Shown here in pieces: positions 19,975-28,820 of a stretch of DNA of 64,000 nt; position 1 is the stretch's first letter, and every line of letters starts with the position of its first letter. The stretch lies in the NCBI GenBank assembly GCA_000146465.1, contig CP001949.1. One strand, written 5' to 3'. Under the pieces are notes generated by a model that made no database searches, was not told the origin of the DNA, and was given only the letters and a program-made list of their open reading frames with translations. A program made the position numbers and the translations under genes.

Positions 19975-22770
19975 ATGTCGGACATAGAGGCCTTTGTGGC
20001 TTTTTACGAGCATCTGAAGTCTCAAGGAAAGGGAGATTCCGAGCTCCGGAGCGAGGAGCTGGAGAGGGCCATGAGGGAGATGCTGAGGAGAGCAAAGATA
20101 ACGGACTTTAAGGAGTATGCACGAAGTTACAAGTACAAGAGGAGGGAGCTGAGTGGTTTTCAGGAAGTACTGGTGTGGGGAAAGAGGAATTCCATATGGA
20201 ATGGAATGGGAGACATGTTTAGAAGCAGTATGGAGCTTCTCGGGCATTCTGGACAGGTTGATAGAATATGCTTTGACCAAGGAAATAGATTCTTTATGTC
20301 TGGAGGCTCTGATGGAATGATCAAGCTCTGGGACATTTACTCAGGGCTTTTGGTATACAGCTTCATAGGCCACCGAAACCTTGTGAGCGACCTTTGTGTT
20401 AGTAGTGATGGGAAAGTCCTTGTTTCGTGTGATTCCCACGGATTACTGAGCATCTGGTCCTTGGAGAGGTTTGAAATGCTCCTCCAGCTTGAACTGGAAT
20501 GCGAGATTGTCTTTACCGAATTTTTTGACACAGACGACCTATCTACCTATAATCTGATTGTTGTTTTGTCGAAGGGTGTTATCAAGACATACAGGTTTGA
20601 TGAGAGAAGGATAGTGTCTGAGTCTGAAAACCTTTGTCTTCTTGACGAGTCCATCAAGGGCCTGTGCTTTACAGATGGGGGAAGGTTTCTTCTGTGTAGT
20701 GGATGGTGGCCATTTCTTGTTGTCTTCGACACCCAGAACTCCGATGGATGCATAGTTCTTGAGACAAATGGAATGCCGGTGAATACCATATGCGGATCGA
20801 AGAAGGGTCTTAAGATAGCAGCAGCGTGCGACTCTCAAATATTCCAATGGACATTCTTTGCAGAGGGAAATCCTGGAATGGGAAACTTCAAAAGGAGAAC
20901 AAAGGACACGTCGTTAGAGGGACACTGGAAAAGATCTATCACCAAGATTGACATTGGGGAGAACGAGTCGATCGAGAGGATATGCTATCTCCGGGACAAT
21001 TTTCTCGTTTGCATATGCACTGATTTGAAGATAAGGATATTTGCGGGATCTGAGCTTAGATGCATAATAGACATACCGGAAATGGGGATTGCATATCCAC
21101 ATCCTCTGGAGAACATATTTGCCCTCTGCGGTAGTAGCCTTCGAATATATAGCATGGACAAGCTGATCTACGAGGAGATGCTGAGCTTTGCAGCCAATGA
21201 TGGCCAGTTTTCGAATGATGGAGAGTTCTTTGTGTTTGGAGACGAAAGAGGAGTGGTAAGGGTACTTTCGATGAGTTTCCTACCAAAGCCACCGAAGGAG
21301 CAGTTTTTTGAATCCGACCTTGACCACCTTAACTCTACTGAGTGGAATGGAGTTGTTGAGTGCAGGAGAGAATCCACTTATGAGTCGGATAGAAAGAGGA
21401 ACGAAGATTGGTTCCAAGTGGAATATGCCATTACAAAGAAGTCCAACGACTGTGTAAAGGTTGAGGATCTGGGATCAAAGCACTTTGTGAAAGACTTTGT
21501 AGGTCTTGAAGCATTCCGAAAAAAGTACATGAACATTCCCTTGCCTGGGGAGACACAGTCTGTGGAGCAGACAATGATATCTGAGTATAGCAGCAGCATC
21601 CTAGAGGGAGACACATCCAGTGGGTTTTACGAGGAATCTACAGACATGACAGGAGATGAAGAAATATTGTTTGAAGACAAAGGGGCACCTGTAAGAAGAT
21701 CCCTTGTTATCAGTGATGAGTCCTCGGAGATGGTGCCTGTTTTGAGAAGAAACACCCGGGTCTCGGAGGATGTTGAGAACGATTTAAGTCCAACAGGAAT
21801 TGTAAGAAGGTTAAGGAGATTCAATAGAGACCAGGCTGTGGAGGATGAAGAAAACGGAATCCGCATTCTGTCGCTAGAGGGAGGGGACGGTATGGACAGG
21901 AGGGGTGCTGAGCATTGTGCAGGACCTCGTAGTAGTATTAACGACAGCGAAAGAAGTGAACTAGCAGAAAACAGTGATGACCGATATGTGATTGGATTGT
22001 CTGGAGGGATAGGGCATGGAGAGCAGGAGCTAAGGCAGTATGTTCAATCGTGGCTGTCGTCTCCAAGTATGGTACCTCAGCCGGGAGATGTTGTTTACCT
22101 AAACTCCGAAGGCCTGAGAGAATTTCAAATGTTTGATGGGAGAAAGAAGTTTAAGGGGCAAGAAATATGCTCTGGATACTACGAAGTGAGAAGTCTTGAG
22201 GCAGTCAGGTACAGCCCACCATTTCTTAAGGTGGGGCTGGGCCTTAGAGACGAGAGCTTTTCGATAAGATACTACAGGTATCCTGGATCATCTCCTGTGC
22301 TCTTGTTAAGAGAACAGATGAATGCTGGGGCAGGGGATTTTATAAGTTTTGTGTCAAATGGGATAATATCTCGAGGAAGGGTGTCTGGAGTTCGAGGAAT
22401 CCATCTTGTAGTTGATTCTGGAGGGACTTCTGTCCTGGTTGAGAGGCTGGACATGTTAATTCCAAGGGCATTATTTCCTGGGGATATGAAGACCGAGATG
22501 TTAAAAGTACTCAGGCAAAGGAGAATGCACAGAGGACTTTACGTAACCCTGAGAAGAGAGTCAAATCCGTCTTACTACGAGAATGCAACTTCTACTGTCA
22601 ACCTAGGGATTATTGAAGAAAAGATCCTCCACGACTTATATCGGACAATAGGTGGACTGGAGTTTGATCTTGACATGGCAGTTAGTAACTCATTATATTT
22701 GGGGCCAGTTCTTCATGAGCATTGTCAGCAGGCTGTGGAAGGGGTCCGAACGATTATAAGAAGGATTTGA
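19975..22770 (+). CDS. Large WD40-repeat protein (931 aa) with an N-terminal WD propeller; function unknown
   Basis: WD repeats (GHSGQVDRICFDQ...SGGSDGMIKLWDI...) followed by a long non-repetitive C-terminal region. Confidence 0.5.
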   Translation: MSDIEAFVAFYEHLKSQGKGDSELRSEELERAMREMLRRAKITDFKEYARSYKYKRRELSGFQEVLVWGKRNSIWNGMGDMFRSSMELLGHSGQVDRICFDQGNRFFMSGGSDGMIKLWDIYSGLLVYSFIGHRNLVSDLCVSSDGKVLVSCDSHGLLSIWSLERFEMLLQLELECEIVFTEFFDTDDLSTYNLIVVLSKGVIKTYRFDERRIVSESENLCLLDESIKGLCFTDGGRFLLCSGWWPFLVVFDTQNSDGCIVLETNGMPVNTICGSKKGLKIAAACDSQIFQWTFFAEGNPGMGNFKRRTKDTSLEGHWKRSITKIDIGENESIERICYLRDNFLVCICTDLKIRIFAGSELRCIIDIPEMGIAYPHPLENIFALCGSSLRIYSMDKLIYEEMLSFAANDGQFSNDGEFFVFGDERGVVRVLSMSFLPKPPKEQFFESDLDHLNSTEWNGVVECRRESTYESDRKRNEDWFQVEYAITKKSNDCVKVEDLGSKHFVKDFVGLEAFRKKYMNIPLPGETQSVEQTMISEYSSSILEGDTSSGFYEESTDMTGDEEILFEDKGAPVRRSLVISDESSEMVPVLRRNTRVSEDVENDLSPTGIVRRLRRFNRDQAVEDEENGIRILSLEGGDGMDRRGAEHCAGPRSSINDSERSELAENSDDRYVIGLSGGIGHGEQELRQYVQSWLSSPSMVPQPGDVVYLNSEGLREFQMFDGRKKFKGQEICSGYYEVRSLEAVRYSPPFLKVGLGLRDESFSIRYYRYPGSSPVLLLREQMNAGAGDFISFVSNGIISRGRVSGVRGIHLVVDSGGTSVLVERLDMLIPRALFPGDMKTEMLKVLRQRRMHRGLYVTLRRESNPSYYENATSTVNLGIIEEKILHDLYRTIGGLEFDLDMAVSNSLYLGPVLHEHCQQAVEGVRTIIRRI

Positions 22771-22808
22771 GGGTTGCGGACATGTAATCAAGGGCTGGGG
22801 TTACCCTG

Positions 22809-23525
22809 ATGTACTACGACGTGAATATTAGTCTGGATTATCCAAAGCAAGATATCGAGGAGCTGGAGAAAAGTGAATACGAAGGGTTTTGTGTGAATAA
22901 GACTATGAGGCCCAAGGACCTCGAAAGACTTTCCCATGGATCTCTTGAGTTTCCTGGGGCAAAGCGTTACTACAACCGTGCGGAGATTGTATTTGGAGAG
23001 GGAGAGCAGATTGGATACGACTTTAGAAAAGCAATGAGATATGATCTGTTTGTTGTGAAGCTGAGCGGGACAGAGGGAATGGATAAGATAATAAAACATC
23101 AGCCAGATATGATTACATTTGACTATGGTGGAAAAGTCCTTCCATTTAAGCCCGGACTTGTCAAGACGGCAATCAGGGAAGGCATATTCTTTGAGATACC
23201 GATGAGAGAGGGCTTGAGAGGAGGGTCTTTAACCATCATGTGGATCCGGAATGTACGGAGACTGCTGTTTATTACAAATGGGAAGAACATTGTAGTTAGC
23301 AGTGGGGCCCAATGCTCCATGGAGATTAAGAAAGTCAGAGATGTTGTTAAGATGCTTGAGATGTTTGGACTTGGGGAGAAAAGAGCACTGGAAGTGATGC
23401 TCAACTCGGAGAGGCTTTTAAAGAGGTGTGCAATGAAAAGGCATTGCTACAGAGACTCGATTGTGCACAGTGTGGATGAAGGGGCCCTAAAAAGGGACTT
23501 TGTACTGTCTCTGTACAAAAATTGA
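22809..23525 (+). CDS. RNase P/MRP protein subunit Rpp30 (Rpp1)-like, paralog A
   Basis: PHP/TIM-barrel Rpp30 pattern: YDVNIS..., ITFDY, FFEIPM, NIVVSSGAQCSMEIKKVRDVVKMLEMFGL. Confidence 0.65.
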   Translation: MYYDVNISLDYPKQDIEELEKSEYEGFCVNKTMRPKDLERLSHGSLEFPGAKRYYNRAEIVFGEGEQIGYDFRKAMRYDLFVVKLSGTEGMDKIIKHQPDMITFDYGGKVLPFKPGLVKTAIREGIFFEIPMREGLRGGSLTIMWIRNVRRLLFITNGKNIVVSSGAQCSMEIKKVRDVVKMLEMFGLGEKRALEVMLNSERLLKRCAMKRHCYRDSIVHSVDEGALKRDFVLSLYKN

Positions 23526-23589
23526 TTTTTTACAAAATAAAGTCTACGACTAATAAGACTTGTATTTTTGATTACCTTTCCAAGGCTCG

Positions 23590-24243
23590 ATGTTCTTTGA
23601 TGTAAATGTAAGTAACAGATGCCCAAGAGGGGATCTGGATGTTTTAAAGGAGCTTGGATGGGATGGAATCTGCATAAACACTGTTGTTGGCTTGGACAAC
23701 CTGGAAGGATGGAGCAGTCCCCTTCTTGATGTGTGGAAGGACGAGAAGGCCTATGAGAGGATAGAGGTAAGATACAAGGATAATGAGAAGTGGAGTGAAG
23801 TTAGAAAGATGGTGAATCCTGATGTGCTTTCGGTGAGAATAGAAGGGGTTGAAGACTTTAAGAAAGCTCTCGAGGTTTCTCCAGACGTGATTACATTTGA
23901 TTATTCCAGGAGCTTCTGTCTCGGAAAGGACGAAGTTTTTGAAGCTGTGAAGAGAAATATATTTCTTGAGATTCCATTGGTGTGTGGGATGTATGGCCAG
24001 AGAAACAAAGTTGTATGGATGAGAAATGCCAGAAAACTTGTGGAGATCACGGGGGGAGTGAATGTTGTGGTTGGGAGCGGGGCGTCATGTTGTACAGAGA
24101 TGAGAAGTTCCCATGACATTATAAAGATATTGGGAGGACTTGGAACGAGTGGAGACTGTGGAAGGAAGATACTGCAGAACTCTGGGAGGCTGATCAGGTC
24201 CTGCAGAATAAGAAAAGGATGTGTTATGAAGGAAGAGATATGA
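23590..24243 (+). CDS. RNase P/MRP protein subunit Rpp30-like, paralog B (divergent tandem copy)
   Basis: Same collinear motifs (FDVNVS, ITFDY, FLEIPL, NVVVGSGASCCTEMRSSHDIIKILGGLG), about 30% identical to paralog A. Confidence 0.6.
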   Translation: MFFDVNVSNRCPRGDLDVLKELGWDGICINTVVGLDNLEGWSSPLLDVWKDEKAYERIEVRYKDNEKWSEVRKMVNPDVLSVRIEGVEDFKKALEVSPDVITFDYSRSFCLGKDEVFEAVKRNIFLEIPLVCGMYGQRNKVVWMRNARKLVEITGGVNVVVGSGASCCTEMRSSHDIIKILGGLGTSGDCGRKILQNSGRLIRSCRIRKGCVMKEEI

Positions 24244-24327
24244 TTGGTTCCTTGAAGATGAGATTCTGAAACATCTCTAGTTCTGTGACTACTGAGATAA
24301 ATAGAATTCTGAATCCAAACCAAAGGC

Positions 24328-25674
24328 ATGGGAGCAAGAAAAAACAGGATGAGAGGACGAGGTAGAATTCAAGGGGCTGGGAGAAGTATTGTTATTGAGA
24401 GAAGTGAGGTTAAGAAGGAAGAGAAGGCGGAAGGGAAGTTCAATGTCGATTTCCAGGAGCTTAACGAAGAACTATCTGGCATCGAATTAAAAGAGGAGAA
24501 TTCAAAGTGCTCTGATGTTGATGAGATGGTGTGTGAGAGAGTCTGCAAAGACGACAAAGTTGAGGAAGTACCTGAGGTATCCGAGATTAATAGGGAAAAT
24601 ACAGTGGATGAAGAGGTGGAGGCTGAGAAGAAGGAAGAGAATATCGAAAACAGAAAGGAAGAAGGAGAAGATGCTGTAAAAGCATCGCAAGCCCTCTATC
24701 CAGCAACACCCAGTGTATTGACCACTGTTATACCTCAGACACCAATGAGGAGGGTACTTCATGAGGAAGGAAGCCATCTTTTTGTTAAGGAGGAAAGTAT
24801 GGCTCTTCCTGGGAAGGTGATTATCAATAGGTATCCGGGACATTTGTTTATTCATATAGACCAGGTCGAGAGGTTCATGACATCCAGGAAGGAGGTGGAG
24901 AGTGTATCTATTAAGATTGAATCGAAGGGGATCTTCTATGAGACAAAGAAATATCCAGTGCAGCCGGACATAGGAATCAACGAGATGCTGCAAGTCCCCA
25001 TCAACAAGGCCGAGAGCAATGGAACACCTCTGAGATTTATACTTCTCCTGTACCACAGGTCTGGAAATATAGTAAAGTCGTGTGAAACTGTGCTTGTGGT
25101 TGACGGAAGTAGAATCCGCTCAATACATAACAATCTTCTCGAAAGTAGATTGGCATGGGACAACTATGTGTCGAGGAATCTATTTAAAAGCATTCGAAGC
25201 TTTTTTACAAGTGGAGCACCTGATGCATGGAGCCTGAAGATTTACTTGTCGTTTGTGTCGGACGATGAGCTTAGGTTGATTCCTGCGCCTCTTCCTCAGG
25301 ACCTTAAGTCCCTCAGCAAGTGGCTGGTGGTGAAGAAGTTTTCTTATAACATATGGTTTAGAGGATTTGTGAATGTCCGGGGAGATGTTGAAAAGGCATG
25401 TACCAACCTATGGAAGAGAAGATATGTTCGATGCTATGGATACATGATCTTTATATTTAACGAGCATTCGAGAAGCCTTGTTGGGACAATAAACCTCGTG
25501 GATGCAAGCTTTGATCCAAGCACGAGTAACAAGGTATATTTAGAGAACTTTCTTCGGATTAATGTTGGGGAGAAGGTGGTTGAGTTGCATTTTGACACAA
25601 AGGACAAATATAATACATGTAGGAGCGCACTTACCATGATGCTTCCACGAACACTGTTTCACAAGAAGGGGTGA
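24328..25674 (+). CDS. Hypothetical protein (448 aa) with a basic/acidic low-complexity N-terminus
   Basis: ORF only. Confidence 0.4.
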   Translation: MGARKNRMRGRGRIQGAGRSIVIERSEVKKEEKAEGKFNVDFQELNEELSGIELKEENSKCSDVDEMVCERVCKDDKVEEVPEVSEINRENTVDEEVEAEKKEENIENRKEEGEDAVKASQALYPATPSVLTTVIPQTPMRRVLHEEGSHLFVKEESMALPGKVIINRYPGHLFIHIDQVERFMTSRKEVESVSIKIESKGIFYETKKYPVQPDIGINEMLQVPINKAESNGTPLRFILLLYHRSGNIVKSCETVLVVDGSRIRSIHNNLLESRLAWDNYVSRNLFKSIRSFFTSGAPDAWSLKIYLSFVSDDELRLIPAPLPQDLKSLSKWLVVKKFSYNIWFRGFVNVRGDVEKACTNLWKRRYVRCYGYMIFIFNEHSRSLVGTINLVDASFDPSTSNKVYLENFLRINVGEKVVELHFDTKDKYNTCRSALTMMLPRTLFHKKG

Positions 25675-25806
25675 TCTGGCAGACGATGTGTTTCCTGAAA
25701 CCTATCTTATTAAAGAATTGAATACGGCCTTTCTCTATGTTCTGATGGAGGGAAGTTTTCCCGCCAAGCCTAAGGATTTCAAGAAAATCCAGGATCCTGG
25801 GAGTTT

Positions 25807-26112
25807 ATGCGGCCTGTTTTGAACGAGACAACGAATGCTACCAAAAGACTGGAGACAAAGAGTAAGGAAGGGGAAAGTGACAAGGGAAGGGTGCTCCACT
25901 TCCTGAAGGGTGTCTACGCAACGACCAGGGACTATTCGTTGAAGTATGACCTGAAGAAATGTATGGAGATAATTGAAGGGAAAGAGAACCAAGAGGTCAT
26001 CGACCTTAAGAATGCGTTGTCTGAAGCTCTTATAGAGAACGAGACGCTGTTTGCAGAGAAATGCGAGCTTGCAGTTACTCTGGAATGTATGAAAGCAGAA
26101 AGAAAGGAGTGA
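25807..26112 (+). CDS. Small hypothetical protein (101 aa)
   Basis: ORF inside an otherwise ORF-poor 840-bp stretch. Confidence 0.3.
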   Translation: MRPVLNETTNATKRLETKSKEGESDKGRVLHFLKGVYATTRDYSLKYDLKKCMEIIEGKENQEVIDLKNALSEALIENETLFAEKCELAVTLECMKAERKE

Positions 26113-26196
26113 TCACTGGACTCTGATATACATTAAAGGACTTATTTACTATTTGGTATTGAGAGATGGATTTTTGGCGGGACACCCCTCGGCTGA

Positions 26197-26472
26197 ATGG
26201 AGTTGCGATATAGATTGTAAGTGGAAGCAACTAATTTTAGGGTTTTTGGCAGAAAGGGTGTTCTGATCGAAGACCGAGCTCTGAAGGAGTTTGTGAGCGG
26301 GCTTATCCGGGGCTTTGGGGGCCTTGATTTGCTGAGCAGAGTTAGTGTAAGATGTGATGGAGGAGTGATCAATATCTCGGCGGACAAAGAGGCTTCTAGC
26401 ATTGTGCATGGATCTCTATTTCTCTGCGGAGAGTATAAGTCTGTTGGATGTAGATTTGAGCGAATCGATTAA
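26197..26472 (+). CDS. Two-exon small protein (~84 aa): exon 1 26197..26216, intron 26217..26240, exon 2 26241..26472
   Basis: ATGGAGTTGCGATATAGATT|gtaagtggaagcaactaattttag|G GTT TTT GGC... The splice fuses ATG plus 6 codons to ORF 26221..26472, which the ORF finder could only open with GTG. A CCCC motif lies just upstream of the ATG. Confidence 0.5.
26217..26240 (+). other. Spliceosomal intron (24 nt) gtaagtggaagcaactaattttag close to the 5' end of the gene
   Basis: Near-identical to the intron at 4396..4419: GTAAGTGGA...CTAATTTTAG. Confidence 0.5.
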
Positions 26473-26514
26473 ATGGTTTATCAAGTGTCATTACTATAAA
26501 TTATTCCAAATGAT

Positions 26515-27804
26515 TTGTTTAAAAAACAGATGCATAGAAAAACAATGACAGAGAGCTTGGATGGATACAGGGAGATAACCGAGATCCGGAGAGACAGGAG
26601 GATTGTGATAAGCTCTGCCGTAGATGTAGTGACTGGAGAAAAGGTTATTCTTGAGGAGGCAGATCTTTCTGGGATTTCTTCGTACTACCAGCCGTTATTG
26701 ATGGGTTTTTTACTAGAGCATGAACTCAACAACTCGCCTTATGTGATGAAGGTGATGAGGGTTTTTGAGAGCTCTAACCGAATTTATGTGGTACAGAGGC
26801 ATATGTCTCTTGGGCCTGTGGATACTACGATTGGAAACCAAATCTTTGTGAGCGATGACTTTGTGTTCTATGTATTTATGCAAGTGGTGTATGCCATGAA
26901 GCTGAACGGGGAAGAGGGATGGTTTTGGGACCGAATGTCGCCAAGATACATATGGATTGATGAGGATGGGAAAGTCCGAATATGCTGGGCAGATGTTGTA
27001 TTGGGGAATATGAAGGCGATGGTTAAGCAGTTGGATAAGTGGAACGGAAGAATGAAGAGTGAAGAGAAGACAACAGGGGGAGATAAGGTTAATTCTGGGT
27101 GCGAGGGGTCGGTGTCCTTTGGAAATCTAAGAAGGATTTTTGTGTCGCTAGCTCTGGGTGTATCGGAAGTGTCGAAAGTCATGTATTCTTGGAACGGCAG
27201 GATTGGGAGATCTGGATTCTTGGGACATATCCAGGGTCTTTCGCCGGATCTAGACGGGCTTGCATCGCTTCTGTTTGAGGATGGAGTCGGGATAAAAGAT
27301 CTTGAAGAGTATACACGGAGGATGATCCAAGAAAAGAGAATAGCCAGTAATCCTCGGGAGATATTCAAATCCCTGGGAACTGTTTTGGAAGAGATGAAAA
27401 GAGACGAAAACAAGACGTTGGAAGAAACAAGGGCATGGAATGGAAAGTCCCCGAGAACAGAAGAACCGGAAAGCGGAAGTGGGTCTGAGGAGAGCGGGAG
27501 AAATATGAGCGAGAGTGGGAGTAGAGGAGATGATGAAAGAGTTGGATCTTTTGGGACAAGAGAGTACAGAAAAGGGAGATTCTATGTATGCGATGCCATT
27601 CCCTTAGGAGAAAGAGAAAAAGGCCTAGGGATGAATGATCAGATGAAGAGAATGGGCCGAATTGTGAATGTACAAAATCGGCAGATAAGTCTTCTTACAG
27701 GTGTAATGAGGAAATCAGGACTCCTAGACAAGGAGACAGATGCAGAACTTGGAGAATTAGAAGATCTAGTGAATTTTCTGTTGTTTGGAGTGGAGAGGCA
27801 GTAG
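26515..27804 (+). CDS. Protein kinase-like fold lacking canonical catalytic motifs (putative pseudokinase) with an acidic/Ser-rich tail
   Basis: Kinase-like spacing (ITEIRRDRRIVISSAVD...KVILEE...YVMKVMRVFES...YVVQRHM...WFWDRMSPRYIWIDEDGKVRICWADV). I see no GxGxxG, no HRD and no DFG. Confidence 0.4.
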   Translation: MFKKQMHRKTMTESLDGYREITEIRRDRRIVISSAVDVVTGEKVILEEADLSGISSYYQPLLMGFLLEHELNNSPYVMKVMRVFESSNRIYVVQRHMSLGPVDTTIGNQIFVSDDFVFYVFMQVVYAMKLNGEEGWFWDRMSPRYIWIDEDGKVRICWADVVLGNMKAMVKQLDKWNGRMKSEEKTTGGDKVNSGCEGSVSFGNLRRIFVSLALGVSEVSKVMYSWNGRIGRSGFLGHIQGLSPDLDGLASLLFEDGVGIKDLEEYTRRMIQEKRIASNPREIFKSLGTVLEEMKRDENKTLEETRAWNGKSPRTEEPESGSGSEESGRNMSESGSRGDDERVGSFGTREYRKGRFYVCDAIPLGEREKGLGMNDQMKRMGRIVNVQNRQISLLTGVMRKSGLLDKETDAELGELEDLVNFLLFGVERQ

Positions 27805-27867
27805 AAACATATTATAGATAAAATCTGTTTAATCTATTTCTTCTTTGAACGATCTCCAAGCCCTCGA

Positions 27868-28758
27868 ATGGAGGAAATCGTTTACTTATGCGATTTGAGC
27901 TTTTACTCGTCGTCTGTGGCAGGAGATTCGCTAATTGCCTCGGACAAGATGGGGGGAGTACACATAATAGCTCCGGAAATAAGCACAGTGAATATAGATC
28001 ATTTCAAGAAGGATGTTAACTTCTATCCTGTTGATGATTTATGCTTCACCACCACAGACATGTTCAAGGGAATACGGGTGTGGGATAGATGCCGGGGAGA
28101 CATAGTGTATTCATATAAAGAAGATAGCATCAAGATGCATACATACAGCAGGACGGGATGTTTAGCAGCTGTTGGAGAAGGATGTGTGAAACTTTATGAT
28201 CTCCGTGTCAGGTACAATATTGATGCAGTGCCTCTAAAGATGTGCAAGAAAGCAGAATGGGGAAATGACAGGATTTATTGCATCAACGACGAGTGTGTGG
28301 TTGAATATGATACTCGGAACATGAGTAGCATGGTATGCGGAGAGAAGAATGAGGCCTATCTGAAGAAAAAGAATATTGAGGGAATTCTCGACCTTATCAG
28401 TATTAGTAAGGGGGAGTTTTGTACGGTGAAAAGAGATGGGGTCCCATATCTCATGAGATTGTCTGGGGTAGATGTGATGGAAGGGACAAGAAGAGCATCG
28501 ATTGGATGGAAGATGATAAAGGTTAAGGATACGTCTGATGATTTTGTGATTGGAATGGTAAGCGAAAACACTGTAGGATTCTACGGGTATAAGGACACGT
28601 GGACTCATGAATTTGATGGGATTAGTCATGTGGACTGGATGTGCTTTTCCAAAAGGAAAATCTATATGTTTGCAGATAAAAAGATTTATCTCATAGAGAG
28701 AGAGTACGAAGGGTTGAAGGAGCTTATGAAGGAAGGGCCTGGGTCCTTGGAAGAATGA
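27868..28758 (+). CDS. Hypothetical protein (296 aa), possibly a beta-propeller
   Basis: ORF; weak WD-like segments. Confidence 0.35.
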   Translation: MEEIVYLCDLSFYSSSVAGDSLIASDKMGGVHIIAPEISTVNIDHFKKDVNFYPVDDLCFTTTDMFKGIRVWDRCRGDIVYSYKEDSIKMHTYSRTGCLAAVGEGCVKLYDLRVRYNIDAVPLKMCKKAEWGNDRIYCINDECVVEYDTRNMSSMVCGEKNEAYLKKKNIEGILDLISISKGEFCTVKRDGVPYLMRLSGVDVMEGTRRASIGWKMIKVKDTSDDFVIGMVSENTVGFYGYKDTWTHEFDGISHVDWMCFSKRKIYMFADKKIYLIEREYEGLKELMKEGPGSLEE

Positions 28759-28820
28759 GCAAGGAAGCCCCTGGAGATTGTAGTGAATAAAAATGGATTA
28801 GGAGATGGGCTGTAAACAAA

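Noticed and set aside
25675-26196. Possible tRNA or other ncRNA in the ORF-poor 25.7-26.2 kb stretch
   Set aside because: I could not fold any cloverleaf with conserved T-loop or anticodon features by eye. The stretch is better explained by two small protein genes, one of them spliced.
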